Below are positions 1 to 11,390 of a stretch of 64,000 bases of DNA, piece by piece (the first letter of the stretch is position 1; each line of letters starts with the position of its first letter). A program made the translations under genes and the position numbers. The DNA is taken from contig JAQUEY010000002.1 of NCBI GenBank assembly GCA_028684955.1, forward strand, positions 2,382 to 66,381, read 5' to 3'. The DNA comes from Eubacteriales bacterium (GTDB taxonomy: Bacteria > Bacillota > Clostridia > Saccharofermentanales > UBA5734). The notes below the pieces were generated by a model. It did not search any database, was not told the DNA's origin, and saw only the letters and a program-made list of their open reading frames with translations.

Positions 1-35
1 CTTCACTGGCTTCATGCAAAAAGGAGTACACCCCT

Positions 36-1361
36 ATGAGCAAACCGATTGTCGCGATCGTCGGCCGGCCCAATGTCGGCAAATCCACCCTGTTCAATTA
101 TCTGGCAGGCGAGCGGGTTTCCATCGTCGATGATGAACCGGGTATCACGCGCGACCGGATCTACGCCGATGCTGAATGGCGCGGCCGGCCTTTTTCGATC
201 ATCGATACCGGCGGCATCGAGCCCAAAACCGACGATATCATCCTCCGCTCGATGCGCGAGCAGGCCCAGATCGCCATTGATACGGCCGATGTCATTGTTT
301 TCGTCGTGGATATCAAGGCTGGACTCACGGCCGATGATGCCGAGATCGGCGAAATGCTCAGAAAATCAGGCAAACCGGTTGTCGTCGGAGTCAACAAGGC
401 TGATTTTGTCGGTAACACGCCGCCTGATGCCTACGAATTCTACAACCTTGGACTTGGCGACATCTTTGCCATTTCCTCGGCCCATCGCCTTGGGATTGGC
501 GAGCTGCTGGATGAAGTCTTTACCCATTTCCCGGATCCTTCCGAACACGAAGGCGATGCAGAACGGATTTCGGTTGCCGTGATCGGCAAACCCAATGCCG
601 GCAAATCCTCCCTGGTTAACCGGATCCTCGGCTTTGAGCGTTCGATCGTGTCCAACATTCCTGGCACCACCCGCGACGCGATCGATTCAGACTTCTCCAA
701 TGACTTTGGCAGTTACCGGTTCATCGATACGGCCGGCCTGCGCAAAAAAAGCCGGATCGATGAGAGTGTTGAAAAATACAGCATGATCCGCTCGCTGGCC
801 GCGATCGAACGGGCCGAAGTTTGCCTGATCCTGATCGATGCCTCCGAAGGCGTGACCGAGCAGGACACGAAAGTGGCTGGCTACGCCCACAATGCTGGCA
901 AGGCATCGATCCTGGTGATCAACAAATGGGACCTGGTCGAAAAAGAGACCGGCACACTGGAGAATTACGAACGCCAGGTGCGGGATAAATTCCCTTTCAT
1001 GGCGTATGCACCGGTTGTGTTCATTTCGGCCATGACTGGCCAGCGCGTCCATCGCCTCTTTGAAAAAATCAACGAGGTACACGCCAGTGCCTGCCAGCGC
1101 CTCTCCACGGGCATGCTCAATGACCTGCTCAATGAATCAACTGCCATGGTGCCTACACCTCAGGACAAAGGTCGCCACCTCAAGATCTACTACGGTACCC
1201 AGGTCGGTGTCCGGCCGCCCCAGTTTGTCCTGTTTGTCAATGACCACCATCTGATGCATTTTTCCTACGAACGCTATCTGGAGAACCAGTTCCGCAAAAA
1301 CTATGGCTTTGCCGGGACGCCGATCTGGATCATGCTCCGCGACAAGAACAAAGAAGATTAA
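36..1361 (+). CDS. der: Ribosome biogenesis GTPase Der (EngA)
   Basis: Two G-domains ([32 protein letters not shown]) and a KH-like C-terminus; AAGGAG RBS. Confidence 0.98.
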   Translation: MSKPIVAIVGRPNVGKSTLFNYLAGERVSIVDDEPGITRDRIYADAEWRGRPFSIIDTGGIEPKTDDIILRSMREQAQIAIDTADVIVFVVDIKAGLTADDAEIGEMLRKSGKPVVVGVNKADFVGNTPPDAYEFYNLGLGDIFAISSAHRLGIGELLDEVFTHFPDPSEHEGDAERISVAVIGKPNAGKSSLVNRILGFERSIVSNIPGTTRDAIDSDFSNDFGSYRFIDTAGLRKKSRIDESVEKYSMIRSLAAIERAEVCLILIDASEGVTEQDTKVAGYAHNAGKASILVINKWDLVEKETGTLENYERQVRDKFPFMAYAPVVFISAMTGQRVHRLFEKINEVHASACQRLSTGMLNDLLNESTAMVPTPQDKGRHLKIYYGTQVGVRPPQFVLFVNDHHLMHFSYERYLENQFRKNYGFAGTPIWIMLRDKNKED

Positions 1362-1376
1362 GGAGAACCTCCAAAC

Positions 1377-3224
1377 GTGTCAACTGAAATCAAGACTCTG
1401 CGCAACATCGCCATCATTGCCCACGTCGACCATGGCAAAACCACGCTTGTCGACGTCATGCTCAAGCAAAGCGGCGTTTTCCGGGAAAATGAGCAAGTCG
1501 TGGAACAGGTCATGGACTCCAATGCGCTCGAACGCGAGCGTGGCATCACCATCCTGGCCAAGAACACTGCGGTCCGCTACGGCGATTACCGGATCAACAT
1601 CGTCGATACTCCTGGCCATGCTGACTTCGGCGGTGAAGTCGAACGTGTGCTCAAGATGGTCGACGGCGTGCTCCTGGTCGTCGATGCCTATGACGGTCCG
1701 ATGCCACAGACCCGTTTCGTCTTGAGGAAAGCCCTGGCCATGAAACTGCAGCCGATCGTGGTCATCAACAAGATCGACCGGCCCGATGCCCGGCCACTGG
1801 AAGTTGTCGACATGGTGCTCGAACTCTTCATCGAACTGGGCGCAGACGACCAACAGCTGGATTTCCCGATCATTTATGCCTCCGGCCGCAATGGCTATTC
1901 CTGCCTCGACCTCAAAGACCTCGAAGGCGACAAGAAAGACCAGGCGGATTTCCGTCCCCTCTTTGAATCCATCATCGAACACATTCCCTGTCCGAAAGGT
2001 GAGCCGGAAGCTCCGCTGCAGCTGCTGGTCTCCAACATCGACTACGATTCCTATATCGGCCGCATTGCGATCGGCAGGGTCGAACGCGGGACCATCAGCC
2101 AGAGCCAGACCATCACGGTCTGCAATTTCCTGGATTCAACCACCAAGAATGCGCGCGTGGTCAAGCTGTTCCGCTACGAAGGGCTCAGGCGCAGTGAAGT
2201 CAGCGAAGCCCAGATCGGAGAAATCGTCTGTGTTGCCGGTATTCCGGAAATCAACATCGGCGATACTGTCTGTGCCCAGGGCGCTGCGGAACCCCTGCCT
2301 TTCGTCGATATCGACGAACCAACCATTGCCATGACCTTTTCGGTCAATGACAGCCCGTTTGCCGGTCGCGAAGGCAAGTTTGTCACCTCGCGCCATTTGC
2401 GCGAACGCCTGTTCCGGGAAATGGAAACCAATGTCTCAATGCGGCTCGAGGAAACAGACACCACCGAATCCTTTATCGTCAAAGGCCGTGGAGAACTCCA
2501 CCTATCGATCCTGATCGAGACAATGCGCCGCGAAGGTTATGAATTCCAGGTCTCAAAACCCAAAGTCATTGTCAAGGAAGTCGAAGGCGTCCTGAGCGAA
2601 CCGGTCGAGATGGTCATGATTGATGTTCCGGAAGAATTTGTCGGCGCCGTCATCGAAAAGCTGGGCCGCCGCCGGGCTGAGCTGACCAACATGCTGCCTC
2701 CTGAAAAGGGGTATTCGCGCCTGGAATTCAATATTCCATCACGCGGCCTGATCGGCTACCGGACCGAATTTTTGACCGACACCAAGGGCAATGGTATAAT
2801 GAACAGCGTTATCAGCGGGTTTGAACCTTGGAAAGGCGAGATTGAAACCCGGCCCCACGGTGTTCTCGTCGCCTGGGAATCGGGCGATGCTGTGGCCTAT
2901 GGCTTGTATAATGCCCAAGAGCGTGGCAGCCTTTTCATCGGCGCCGGTACCCCTGTCTATGAGGGGATGGTTGTCGGTGCCAATCCCAAGAATGATGACA
3001 TTGTTGTCAACGTCTGCAAGAAAAAACACGTCACGAACATGCGCGCATCCGGCTCGGATGATGCTTTGCGACTCGTTCCACCGGTTCTGATGAGCCTGGA
3101 ACAGCATCTCGAGTTCGTGTCGGATGACGAGCTGATCGAAGTCACCCCTAAAACGATCCGCCTGAGAAAGCGGGTCCTCAATTCCGAAATGCGCGCCAAA
3201 CAACGGTCGCGCAAGAACGACTGA
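1377..3224 (+). CDS. typA: Translational GTPase TypA/BipA
   Basis: [41 protein letters not shown], TypA C-terminus [22 protein letters not shown] start after AAGGAG. Confidence 0.97.
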   Translation: MSTEIKTLRNIAIIAHVDHGKTTLVDVMLKQSGVFRENEQVVEQVMDSNALERERGITILAKNTAVRYGDYRINIVDTPGHADFGGEVERVLKMVDGVLLVVDAYDGPMPQTRFVLRKALAMKLQPIVVINKIDRPDARPLEVVDMVLELFIELGADDQQLDFPIIYASGRNGYSCLDLKDLEGDKKDQADFRPLFESIIEHIPCPKGEPEAPLQLLVSNIDYDSYIGRIAIGRVERGTISQSQTITVCNFLDSTTKNARVVKLFRYEGLRRSEVSEAQIGEIVCVAGIPEINIGDTVCAQGAAEPLPFVDIDEPTIAMTFSVNDSPFAGREGKFVTSRHLRERLFREMETNVSMRLEETDTTESFIVKGRGELHLSILIETMRREGYEFQVSKPKVIVKEVEGVLSEPVEMVMIDVPEEFVGAVIEKLGRRRAELTNMLPPEKGYSRLEFNIPSRGLIGYRTEFLTDTKGNGIMNSVISGFEPWKGEIETRPHGVLVAWESGDAVAYGLYNAQERGSLFIGAGTPVYEGMVVGANPKNDDIVVNVCKKKHVTNMRASGSDDALRLVPPVLMSLEQHLEFVSDDELIEVTPKTIRLRKRVLNSEMRAKQRSRKND

Positions 3225-3233
3225 TGAGGTAAT

Positions 3234-4388
3234 ATGCTGGCTCGCCGTGTCAAACGCACCCTGATGACTGTCGTCACAATTTTCGTCCTGCTGGTGATTT
3301 CCGCCATCGGATTCTATTTTGGCATGACCTATGTCATCTCGCAGAATGCCCGTTTTGACCAGCTCGATGCCGAATTTCTCAAACCGGAAGATGAAAACCA
3401 GTTCAAGATTGACAAGGACACCAAGGGCGCGATTGAAATCTACATCCCCCGGGCGGCGGACACGGCTGATATTGCCGAGATCTTGCAGGATCGCAAGGTG
3501 ATCAGCAATGCGCTGGTTTTCACGGTCCTGTCAAAATTCAATGGCTTTGATGGTGCTTATCTGGCAGGAACGCACTATGTCACCGATGACATGAGCTATG
3601 ACGAGATCATGTACATCCTGACCCAGAAGCCCAATGCGGTCCGGGTCACGTTCCCGGAGGGCCTGACCTACAGCGAGGTCAAGGACCGTCTGGCTGCCGC
3701 TGGTGTCAGTTTTGACGAGCAGCGGCTCGACAGCCTGATGAAGAACCCTCAGCTTTTCATTGATTATCCGTTTGTTGCAGCGATTGATCCGAAGCCGGGC
3801 CGTGATTGGCTACTCCAAGGTTACCTCTATCCGGACACCTATGAGTTTGATATGAACACGGACGAAGAAACCATCATCCGGACTTTCCTCAACAATGCCC
3901 AGAAAAAGCTGGACGAGAAGTATTTTGACCAGGCCAAGACCATGGGTATCACCTTGGATGAGGCCATCACCCTAGCCTCCATCATCCAGGTTGAGACATC
4001 CCTCAATGAGGAAATGCGCACCATTTCCGAGGTTTTCTGGAACCGGATCGAGCGTGAGATGCCTCTGGGTACGGATACAACCATCAACTACATGCGCAAA
4101 GAATCCGGTCTGGAAACCAAGCTCTGGCTGTCCCAGGAGGATATCGACGCGATCACAGGTCCCTACAACACCTACACCAACCTGGGCCTGCCGCCCGGAC
4201 CGATCTGTTCGCCGGGCGACCTCGCGATCAAGGCTGCCCTGTGGCCCGCCAGTCACGATTACCTCTACTTTGTGGCCAAAGGCGATGGGACTGGCAGCAG
4301 CGACTTCTCCTACACCTTGGATGAGCACACTGCCAAGGTGGCCAAATACCAGGCGGCCAGTCTGGATGACCAGGCAGACAATGGCTGA
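3234..4388 (+). CDS. mltG: Endolytic transglycosylase MltG (YceG family)
   Basis: N-terminal TM anchor; LQGYLYPDTYEF, LASIIQVE, GPYNTYTNLGLPPGPICSPG, YLYFVA. Confidence 0.93.
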   Translation: MLARRVKRTLMTVVTIFVLLVISAIGFYFGMTYVISQNARFDQLDAEFLKPEDENQFKIDKDTKGAIEIYIPRAADTADIAEILQDRKVISNALVFTVLSKFNGFDGAYLAGTHYVTDDMSYDEIMYILTQKPNAVRVTFPEGLTYSEVKDRLAAAGVSFDEQRLDSLMKNPQLFIDYPFVAAIDPKPGRDWLLQGYLYPDTYEFDMNTDEETIIRTFLNNAQKKLDEKYFDQAKTMGITLDEAITLASIIQVETSLNEEMRTISEVFWNRIEREMPLGTDTTINYMRKESGLETKLWLSQEDIDAITGPYNTYTNLGLPPGPICSPGDLAIKAALWPASHDYLYFVAKGDGTGSSDFSYTLDEHTAKVAKYQAASLDDQADNG

Positions 4389-5658
4389 CAGTCCTTGGCA
4401 CCCTGTCTTATCCAGACAACCGGAGCTACTGGCTCCAGCCGGTGACCAGAGTAAACTGGAGACGGCCATCGCCTATGGGGCAGATGCGGTCTATCTGGGC
4501 AGCAAGTCTTTCAGCCTGCGTGCCCAGAGTGGTAATTTCACACTGGAAAAACTGGCGGATGCCGTCCGATATGCGCATGATCATCAGGTCAAAACCTACG
4601 TGGCAGCCAATATTCTGGCCCATCCGCAGGACATGTCTGCCTTGCGAGAATTCATGCGCGCCCTCCGTCCGATCGGACCAGATGCCCTGATCATTTCCGA
4701 CCCAGGTGTTTTTACCCTGGCCAGGGAAGAGGCACCGGAAATCCCGGTCCACATCAGCACCCAGGCCAGTGTGACCAACGCCGAATCTGTCCTTTTCTGG
4801 GCGCGCCAGGGGGCCAGCCGGATCGTGCTGGCCCGTGAGCTGGGCCTGGATGAAATCCGGGTCATCCGGGATCAGATTCCACCGGAGATCGAACTCGAAG
4901 GGTTTGTCCATGGTGCGATGTGCATGGCCTATTCCGGCCGGTGCCTGCTGTCCAATTTCCTGACCGGGCGGGGAGCCAACCAGGGCGCATGCGCCCAGTC
5001 CTGCCGCTGGGAGTACGAAATACGCGAAATCAAACGCCCGGACCAGCCGCTGCTCCTGACTGAGGATGAACGTGGCACTTATCTGATGAATTCACGCGAC
5101 CTGTGCATGATCGAGCATATCCCGGCTCTGCTTGCCGCCGGTCTTACCAGCTTCAAGATCGAAGGCCGGGTCAAAAGTGCCTTTTATGTAGCAACCGTTG
5201 TCAAAGCCTATCGCGAAGCCATTGACCGGTACCTGGCTGATCCGGACCATTATGCAGTTGATCCAGCCTGGCTGTCTGATCTGGCAAAAACAGTGCACCG
5301 GCCTTTTGACACTGGGTTTTATTTCAGCCGCCCCGCTACGGATGCCAAGATCTATCTCCAGGACACCCAGGTCCGGGAAGCTGCCGTTGTTGGTGTGGTT
5401 GAGGCCTATCTGCCGGACAGCGGCCTTGCCTTCGTGCAACAGCGCAACAAAGTCAGCGCGGGTGAAACCGTCGAAATCGTGCAACCGAAGGGAAGGCATC
5501 TTGAACTCGAGGTCCAGGATATGCTGGATCTGGAACGGCAGCCAATCACCAGCACACCGCATCCGAAGATGTACTATTTCCTGCCAGTTCCTGAACCCGT
5601 TGTGGCTGGATCTTTCATTCGGCGGCTGGGTGACAAAGATACCCCATCTCAACGATAG
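4381..5658 (+). CDS. U32 family peptidase-like protein
   Basis: PELLAPAG, YGADAVYLG, HISTQ, FVHGAMCMAYSGRCLLS, CAQSCRW, FKIEGR; start set at ATG 4381 (overlapping the mltG stop) rather than the ORF-track 3991. Confidence 0.93.
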   Translation: MADSPWHPVLSRQPELLAPAGDQSKLETAIAYGADAVYLGSKSFSLRAQSGNFTLEKLADAVRYAHDHQVKTYVAANILAHPQDMSALREFMRALRPIGPDALIISDPGVFTLAREEAPEIPVHISTQASVTNAESVLFWARQGASRIVLARELGLDEIRVIRDQIPPEIELEGFVHGAMCMAYSGRCLLSNFLTGRGANQGACAQSCRWEYEIREIKRPDQPLLLTEDERGTYLMNSRDLCMIEHIPALLAAGLTSFKIEGRVKSAFYVATVVKAYREAIDRYLADPDHYAVDPAWLSDLAKTVHRPFDTGFYFSRPATDAKIYLQDTQVREAAVVGVVEAYLPDSGLAFVQQRNKVSAGETVEIVQPKGRHLELEVQDMLDLERQPITSTPHPKMYYFLPVPEPVVAGSFIRRLGDKDTPSQR

Positions 5659-5663
5659 AACAA

Positions 5664-5689
5664 AAAAAGCCGGCACCAGCCGGCTTTTT
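5664..5689. terminator. Bidirectional intrinsic terminator
   Basis: AAAAAGCCGG-CACCAG-CCGGCTTTTT between convergent genes. Confidence 0.85.
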
Positions 5690-5703
5690 GCTCGCAAACA
5701 GGC

Positions 5704-6999
5704 TCAATCGAATATTTTCGATAGCAAATCACCGATCATGTGACGCAGTTTCTGGTCAAAGCCGAACTGGGCCATGATCTCTTTGGCGATCACCAGGATG
5801 ACCGGTCCGACCAGGACACCGCCCAGGCCATAGGCAGCGACGCCAACGATCATGGAAAACAAAGTGGCCATCGGGTGCAGGCGTAAGGCATTGCCCAGGA
5901 TCGGCGGCTCAATGAAGCGCCGGATGATCGAGACCGCCAGGAAGGTGATCAGGGCCCCGATGCCGCCCAGGAAATTGGCGTTGATGAACTGGTAGATCGC
6001 GATCGGAATCATGGTCGCGCTGATGCCCAGGACCGGCAGGAAATCAACAATGGCAGCCAGCAGGGCAAAGACGACTGCGTAAGGCATGTCAATCAGGATC
6101 AGTCCGATCAGCACCATGGCAAACGTGATGATCAACAGCAGCATGTAGCCACCGATGACTCGCAGCAGTGTTTGCGACAAGATGTTGAACAAGTTGACGG
6201 ACTTTTTCAGGAAAGACTTGTTGTTCAGGCTGCGATCCAGGAAGTGATAGAGGTTGGCACTGTCAGAGATGAAATAATAGCCGGACAACAGAATGACGAT
6301 GATGGCCAGGAATATGGCCGGCAAATTGCCGACAAAGGACCCCAGGCCGTTCAAAAGCGTGGTGGCCAGCGATGGAATCGCATTGACCAGGCCTGTCTGC
6401 CACTCGACCAGGGACTGCTGGATCACGATCAGTGTCTGTTCATCGACAAATCCGAGCAGTCCAGCCAAGTGCCGCATCTGGTCGGTGACGACGGTGGCGA
6501 TGTCCGTCTGGCTGAGGAACTGGGGGACATAGGTAGCCAGCTCGCGCAGCTGGGTGATGCTGATGAAAATAATCCCGGCAACCAGGGCAATCAGGGCAAT
6601 CACCAGGATGATGTAGATGGCGACGGCCCAGCGGATGTTCAAAAGTGCGGCAGGAGGAGAACTGAGAGCTTCTGGATCTGCGGGCGGGACATGGTCTGAG
6701 CCGGTTTCTGCAGGTTGGGATGTCAATGAGGAGCGATCTGCAGCATGCGATTGGGATTCAAGGGACGTGCCAGCCTGTGGAGCTGGGGGTTTTGCAGCCG
6801 GGGTTTTGGGTGGGTGGACCCGGCTGGCCAGGGAAATGGCACTCCGGGCCAGGACGAGGCCAGCGACAAAAGGCAAGAGCAGGATGAAAAGTCGAAAGCT
6901 CAGGTAGACCAGGGCGATCACCAGGGCGGAGATCAGCAAATATTTGATAATGGCGATGATCGTTGCCAAATCACGCTGGGTCTTGGTGGTTTCTGGCAT
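5704..6999 (-). CDS. AI-2E family (YtvI-like) transporter
   Basis: Multi-TM; DFLPVLG, RRFIEPPILG, LHPMATL motifs. Confidence 0.85.
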   Translation of the reverse strand: MPETTKTQRDLATIIAIIKYLLISALVIALVYLSFRLFILLLPFVAGLVLARSAISLASRVHPPKTPAAKPPAPQAGTSLESQSHAADRSSLTSQPAETGSDHVPPADPEALSSPPAALLNIRWAVAIYIILVIALIALVAGIIFISITQLRELATYVPQFLSQTDIATVVTDQMRHLAGLLGFVDEQTLIVIQQSLVEWQTGLVNAIPSLATTLLNGLGSFVGNLPAIFLAIIVILLSGYYFISDSANLYHFLDRSLNNKSFLKKSVNLFNILSQTLLRVIGGYMLLLIITFAMVLIGLILIDMPYAVVFALLAAIVDFLPVLGISATMIPIAIYQFINANFLGGIGALITFLAVSIIRRFIEPPILGNALRLHPMATLFSMIVGVAAYGLGGVLVGPVILVIAKEIMAQFGFDQKLRHMIGDLLSKIFD

Positions 7000-7031
7000 G
7001 CTTGCCCCCTTGAAGCTCCGAGTCGGGTTTT

Positions 7032-7982
7032 TCAGACGGACTGGTAGTAGGTCACTCCAATTGTAACAAGAAGCATCAGCAAAGCCAATGCAAACAGCAA
7101 TCCGCCGGGCAAAGAAAGGTGCGCAGACGGTCTGGCAGCAGTTCCTGCAGGCAGACGTGTCTGCAGGCGCCCCAGCAGTGCCAGCAAAGGGATGAGCGCA
7201 ACCGCGGCAATGAAGGTGGCGATCAGGGAAGCATAGAAAATGGACTGTGTGGAACGGGTGGGCAGATTGAGGTATTGGGCGGTCAGGCGCGGGATGAGCG
7301 GTGTGAGCAGGAGCAAAGTCAGATTAAGCGAGGCATGCGCAAGGACACTGGGCAGCAGGCTGCCACCGTGGGTGCGCAGCAGCCCGAGCAGCAGGCCGGC
7401 TAGAAAAGGTGAAACGAGAAAAAAGGGGTCATTGTGGAACAGGGCGAACGCAACAGCTTGCCAGAAGATGGCCAATCCCGGTGCGACCTGGGAAAAAAGG
7501 CTGCTCAGAATGACGCCGCGGAACATCAGTTCTTCGATCAGGGCTGGTGCGAGGACGCGAATCATGACCAGAGAACCTATGACTGGCCAAGACTGATGCC
7601 AGAGATCAGTCAGATAGGCATCCTGACTATCTGGCCCGGGCAATTGCCAGCCCAGGCGCAACATGAAATAGACCGAGAGGTTGTTGAGTCCATGAAAAAC
7701 AACAGCCGCCGGCACTCCGACGACCGTGGCCAGGATCAGGCTGCCATCACGCGACCGACCGCCAAAAATCTCCTGGGCCGGGATGCGATCCATGAAAATG
7801 ATGAATAAAGTTGGCACCAGGATCAGGCCACCCTGCATCAGGACCGCCCGGCTGACGATCCCTTTGAGGGTGCCCTCGGTCAGCCAGCTCAACCATTCAG
7901 GCTGGGCTTTGGCTGCCAGCTGCAGGGCCAAAGTCAGAACCGTGTGGATGATCAGGAGCGTCCCGGCGGCTGCGCGGATCAT
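7032..7982 (-). CDS. CPBP family intramembrane glutamic endopeptidase (Abi/CAAX-like)
   Basis: EELMFRG, FALFH, HASLN motifs; multi-TM. Confidence 0.88.
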   Translation of the reverse strand: MIRAAAGTLLIIHTVLTLALQLAAKAQPEWLSWLTEGTLKGIVSRAVLMQGGLILVPTLFIIFMDRIPAQEIFGGRSRDGSLILATVVGVPAAVVFHGLNNLSVYFMLRLGWQLPGPDSQDAYLTDLWHQSWPVIGSLVMIRVLAPALIEELMFRGVILSSLFSQVAPGLAIFWQAVAFALFHNDPFFLVSPFLAGLLLGLLRTHGGSLLPSVLAHASLNLTLLLLTPLIPRLTAQYLNLPTRSTQSIFYASLIATFIAAVALIPLLALLGRLQTRLPAGTAARPSAHLSLPGGLLFALALLMLLVTIGVTYYQSV

Positions 7983-8734
7983 TGGAACTGGCCCAGGTAA
8001 AAGTACCAGAATCGGGAAATTTCCGGTTCAAAGAGCCAGGCCAGCCAGGTGGCCACCACAATGAAGGGTCCGAAGGCCAAGGCCCCGTCCGGTTCGGTTT
8101 CTGAAGGCTTGCGGGGCGCATATTTTTTGACCAGCAATGGGATGGCAAAGAAAGAAGCGGTCAAGAAAGACAGAAAAACCAGGCTTAGCGCCAGCCGGTA
8201 GTCGAGCATCCAGACACAAGGGATGATCAGTTTGACATCCCCCATGCCCATGGCATCCTGGCCAGCGATCCGGCTGCCGATCCAGCCGATCAGGAGAAAC
8301 AGGACCCCGGCCAGGATCCCGGCCAGGAAACGAAAACCCAATTCGGCAAAATTCCAATCGCGCGTCCAGACTTGGATCGAAGCATGGACCAGTGCCAGGA
8401 CAGCCAGACCAGCTGACAGCGGATCAGGGATGATCCGGGTTTTCCAGTCAGCGATCAGGATCAGCAGCATCAGGAAACTGGCTAGCAAATATGGGATGAA
8501 AAGAACCAGAGGTTGAATGCGCAACCAGCCGAATAGGACCAGGCCAGCAGCCAGGGAAGTCAGGAAAAGTCCGTCCGGCAGGAAGGGACTGCGCAATTTT
8601 GGCGCCAGTTCAGGCGGGATTGCGGTTTCGCCATATTCGACCAACCAGTCTGATGGCAGCCGACGATAAGCCAGCCAGGCCAGAAAACCCAGAAAACCTC
8701 CCGGAATCAGCAACAAGAAATCGTGCACATGCAT
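7979..8734 (-). CDS. Prepilin peptidase (A24 family)
   Basis: ADWKTRIIPD, GMGDVKL catalytic Asp motifs and AFGPFI; 4-nt overlap with the downstream gene. Confidence 0.88.
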   Translation of the reverse strand: MHVHDFLLLIPGGFLGFLAWLAYRRLPSDWLVEYGETAIPPELAPKLRSPFLPDGLFLTSLAAGLVLFGWLRIQPLVLFIPYLLASFLMLLILIADWKTRIIPDPLSAGLAVLALVHASIQVWTRDWNFAELGFRFLAGILAGVLFLLIGWIGSRIAGQDAMGMGDVKLIIPCVWMLDYRLALSLVFLSFLTASFFAIPLLVKKYAPRKPSETEPDGALAFGPFIVVATWLAWLFEPEISRFWYFYLGQFQ

Positions 8735-8825
8735 GACTAGGGTACCTCGATGCTTCTATCTTAAGCGATCAGGACCTGAGCACACAATCCCAGGTTAAAG
8801 CATGTTAACCGAATGACAGATTTGA

Positions 8826-8855
8826 TTGACGTTTTTTGACGACAAGGCTTATAAT
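8826..8855 (+). promoter_or_regulatory. Putative sigma-A promoter of glgP
   Basis: TTGACG-N18-TATAAT. Confidence 0.55.
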
Positions 8856-8922
8856 GGGCCGTGTTAGAAAGATTGCTGATGAAACGATCCGATCATTTTC
8901 GATCATTTAGGAGGACATTCCA

Positions 8923-11298
8923 TTGTCGACTGTCGAACAGGTTAAAGATAAAATTATCAACCATTTGCGTTCAGAATATGCCCATCAGCCGGATACGGCC
9001 AGTCCGTTTGAGTTCTGGACAGCTTTATCCAAGACGGTGGTCGAATTGCTGGCTGACCGTTGGGAGACGTCCATCACCCGATACACCACGCACAAACAGG
9101 CGCATTATTTTTCGGCCGAGTTCCTCGAAGGCCGCTCCCTGGTCAACAATCTGGTCAATCTGGGCCTTTATGAATCAGTCCGTGAAGCCGTAGCTGGACT
9201 GGGTTTTGACTTGACGACACTTGAAGAGCAGGAAAACGATGCGGCCCTTGGCAACGGTGGCCTGGGTCGCCTGGCTGCCTGTTTTCTCGATTCCTGTGCC
9301 ACCCAGAACCTGCCCGTGACTGGTTATGGCATCCTCTACCGCTACGGTCTGTTCCGCCAGTCGATCGAGAATGGCTTCCAGAAAGAATATCCAGATGTCT
9401 GGATGGAGCGCGGCTATCCCTTCATCGTGCGCCGTGATGAGGAAAAGGTCCTGATCCACTACAAGGACATGGATGTCTTTGCGGTCCCTTATGACATGCC
9501 GATCACCGGATTTGGCACCGATAATGTCAACACCTTGCGCCTGTGGAGAGCCGAACCAGCCGTAGAATTCGACTTCAACTTGTTCAACTCCCAGCGCTTT
9601 GACGATGCAGTTCTGCACAGGAACCGGGTCAATGACATTTACCGTGTCCTGTACCCGAACGACACTTCCTATGACGGCAAAGTCCTGCGCGTCCGCCAGC
9701 AGTATTTCTTCGTCTCGGCTTCGCTGCAGAGCATCATCCGCGAACATCTGAAAACCCATGACGGCAATTTGAAGAATTTTGCCGAATGGCATAGCATCCA
9801 GCTCAATGACACCCACCCTGTCGTGGGCATTCCAGAACTGATGCGTCTCCTGATGGATGAGCATGGCATGGGCTGGGACGAAGCCTGGGCCATCACAACG
9901 AAAACTTTTGCTTACACCAACCACACGGTCATGGCGGAAGCCCTGGAAAAATGGGACATCAGCATCTTCCAGTTCCTGTTTCCGCGCGTCATGGAAATCA
10001 TCATCCACATCGACTATCTTTTCCGTCAGGACATGCAGGCTCGCGGCATGCAATACGACCGGATCAACTACCTGGCCCCGCTGGGCGATGGCAAGATCCG
10101 CATGGCCTGGCTGGCCTGCTATGGCTCGTTTTCGATCAACGGGGTTGCAGCCCTGCATACCCAGATCCTCAAGACGGACACCTTGCGTGATTTTCACGAG
10201 ATCTGGCCGGAAAAATTCAGCAACAAGACCAATGGTGTCACCCCTCGTCGCTGGCTGAGGACCTGCAATCCTGAACTGGCTGGATTGCTGACGGAGCTTT
10301 CCGGCACCGAATCTTGGGTCACCGATCTCGAAACCCTCAAGGATCTGGAAAAATACATAGCTGACGCCTCAGTCATGAACCGTTTCCTGGAGATCAAGCG
10401 TCAGCGCAAAGTGAAACTGGCTGATTTTATCGTGAAAAACGAAGGCATCAAGATCGATCCGGATTCGATTTTCGATGTGCAGATCAAGCGTCTCCACGAA
10501 TACAAGCGCCAGCTGCTCAATGCACTGGAAATTCTGGATACATATTTCCAGATCAAGGATAACCCGGCCGTGGACATCCATCCCCGCACCTACATTTTTG
10601 CGGCCAAGGCGGCACCTGGCTATTTCAAAGCCAAGGCGACGATCAAGTTCATCAATGAAATCGCCCGCCTGGTCAACAATGACCCGGATGTCAAAGACCG
10701 GATCAAAGTGGTCTTCATTGCCAATTACAATGTTTCCCGTGCCGAGATGATTTTCCCCGCTTCTGATCTCTCTGAGCAGATTTCGACGGTCGGACTGGAA
10801 GCATCCGGTACTGGCAACATGAAGTTCATGATGAATGGTGCCCTGACGATTGGCACCTACGATGGAGCTAATATCGAGATTGCCGGCGCCGTCGGTCCGG
10901 ATAACTGCTTCATTTTCGGCCAGAAGGTGGAGGATTTCCAGGCTGCCAAAGGCTACTACAATCCGCAGTGGCAGTACAATAATATCCCGGGCCTTAAACG
11001 CTGCGTCGACACTCTGGTCGATGGCACGTTCAGTGACGAGGGCACCGGCATGTTCCAGGACCTCTACAACGGCCTGCTCTATGGCTCCAACTGGCAGCCG
11101 GCTGATCCGTTCTATGTTCTGGGAGACTTCGACGATTACCGCAAAGCACGTCAGCACACCGACCGCGTCTATCGCGACCGACTCGACTGGGCTCGCAAAT
11201 GCTGGGTCAATATCGTCCGCAGCGGATTTTTCAGCTCCGACCGCACGATCCACGACTACGCCAGCGAAATCTGGAAAGTGGATAGTGCCAAGATCTGA
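8923..11298 (+). CDS. glgP: Glycogen/starch/alpha-glucan phosphorylase
   Basis: LGNGGLGRLAACF, QLNDTHP, KTNGVTPRRW, QIKRLHEYKRQ, EASGTGNMKFM (PLP Lys); TTG start after AGGAGG. Confidence 0.96.
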   Translation: MSTVEQVKDKIINHLRSEYAHQPDTASPFEFWTALSKTVVELLADRWETSITRYTTHKQAHYFSAEFLEGRSLVNNLVNLGLYESVREAVAGLGFDLTTLEEQENDAALGNGGLGRLAACFLDSCATQNLPVTGYGILYRYGLFRQSIENGFQKEYPDVWMERGYPFIVRRDEEKVLIHYKDMDVFAVPYDMPITGFGTDNVNTLRLWRAEPAVEFDFNLFNSQRFDDAVLHRNRVNDIYRVLYPNDTSYDGKVLRVRQQYFFVSASLQSIIREHLKTHDGNLKNFAEWHSIQLNDTHPVVGIPELMRLLMDEHGMGWDEAWAITTKTFAYTNHTVMAEALEKWDISIFQFLFPRVMEIIIHIDYLFRQDMQARGMQYDRINYLAPLGDGKIRMAWLACYGSFSINGVAALHTQILKTDTLRDFHEIWPEKFSNKTNGVTPRRWLRTCNPELAGLLTELSGTESWVTDLETLKDLEKYIADASVMNRFLEIKRQRKVKLADFIVKNEGIKIDPDSIFDVQIKRLHEYKRQLLNALEILDTYFQIKDNPAVDIHPRTYIFAAKAAPGYFKAKATIKFINEIARLVNNDPDVKDRIKVVFIANYNVSRAEMIFPASDLSEQISTVGLEASGTGNMKFMMNGALTIGTYDGANIEIAGAVGPDNCFIFGQKVEDFQAAKGYYNPQWQYNNIPGLKRCVDTLVDGTFSDEGTGMFQDLYNGLLYGSNWQPADPFYVLGDFDDYRKARQHTDRVYRDRLDWARKCWVNIVRSGFFSSDRTIHDYASEIWKVDSAKI

Positions 11299-11325
11299 AA
11301 AGAGATCCGAAGGCTTTTTGATTGC

Positions 11326-11367
11326 AAGTCCACTTGTGGTGCTTCGTGCCATGAGTGGACTTTTTTC
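11326..11367 (+). terminator. Intrinsic terminator after glgP
   Basis: AAGTCCACTT...GAGTGGACTT followed by a T-tract. Confidence 0.75.
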
Positions 11368-11390
11368 TACATCACACTGGAGGACTCGCC

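Noticed and set aside
3991-4380. N-terminal extension of the U32 peptidase (and similar track extensions at 12282, 39317, 43973, 47907, 52572, 57511, 62029)
   Set aside because: These overlap upstream genes or lack an RBS; family-like sequence starts at the downstream start codons used in the feature list
7032-8734. CPBP protease or prepilin peptidase as the dedicated processing enzyme for the toxin-like proteins
   Set aside because: They lie about 8 kb away in a separate context, and the putative cleavage site looks like an SPase I site rather than a prepilin G|F site
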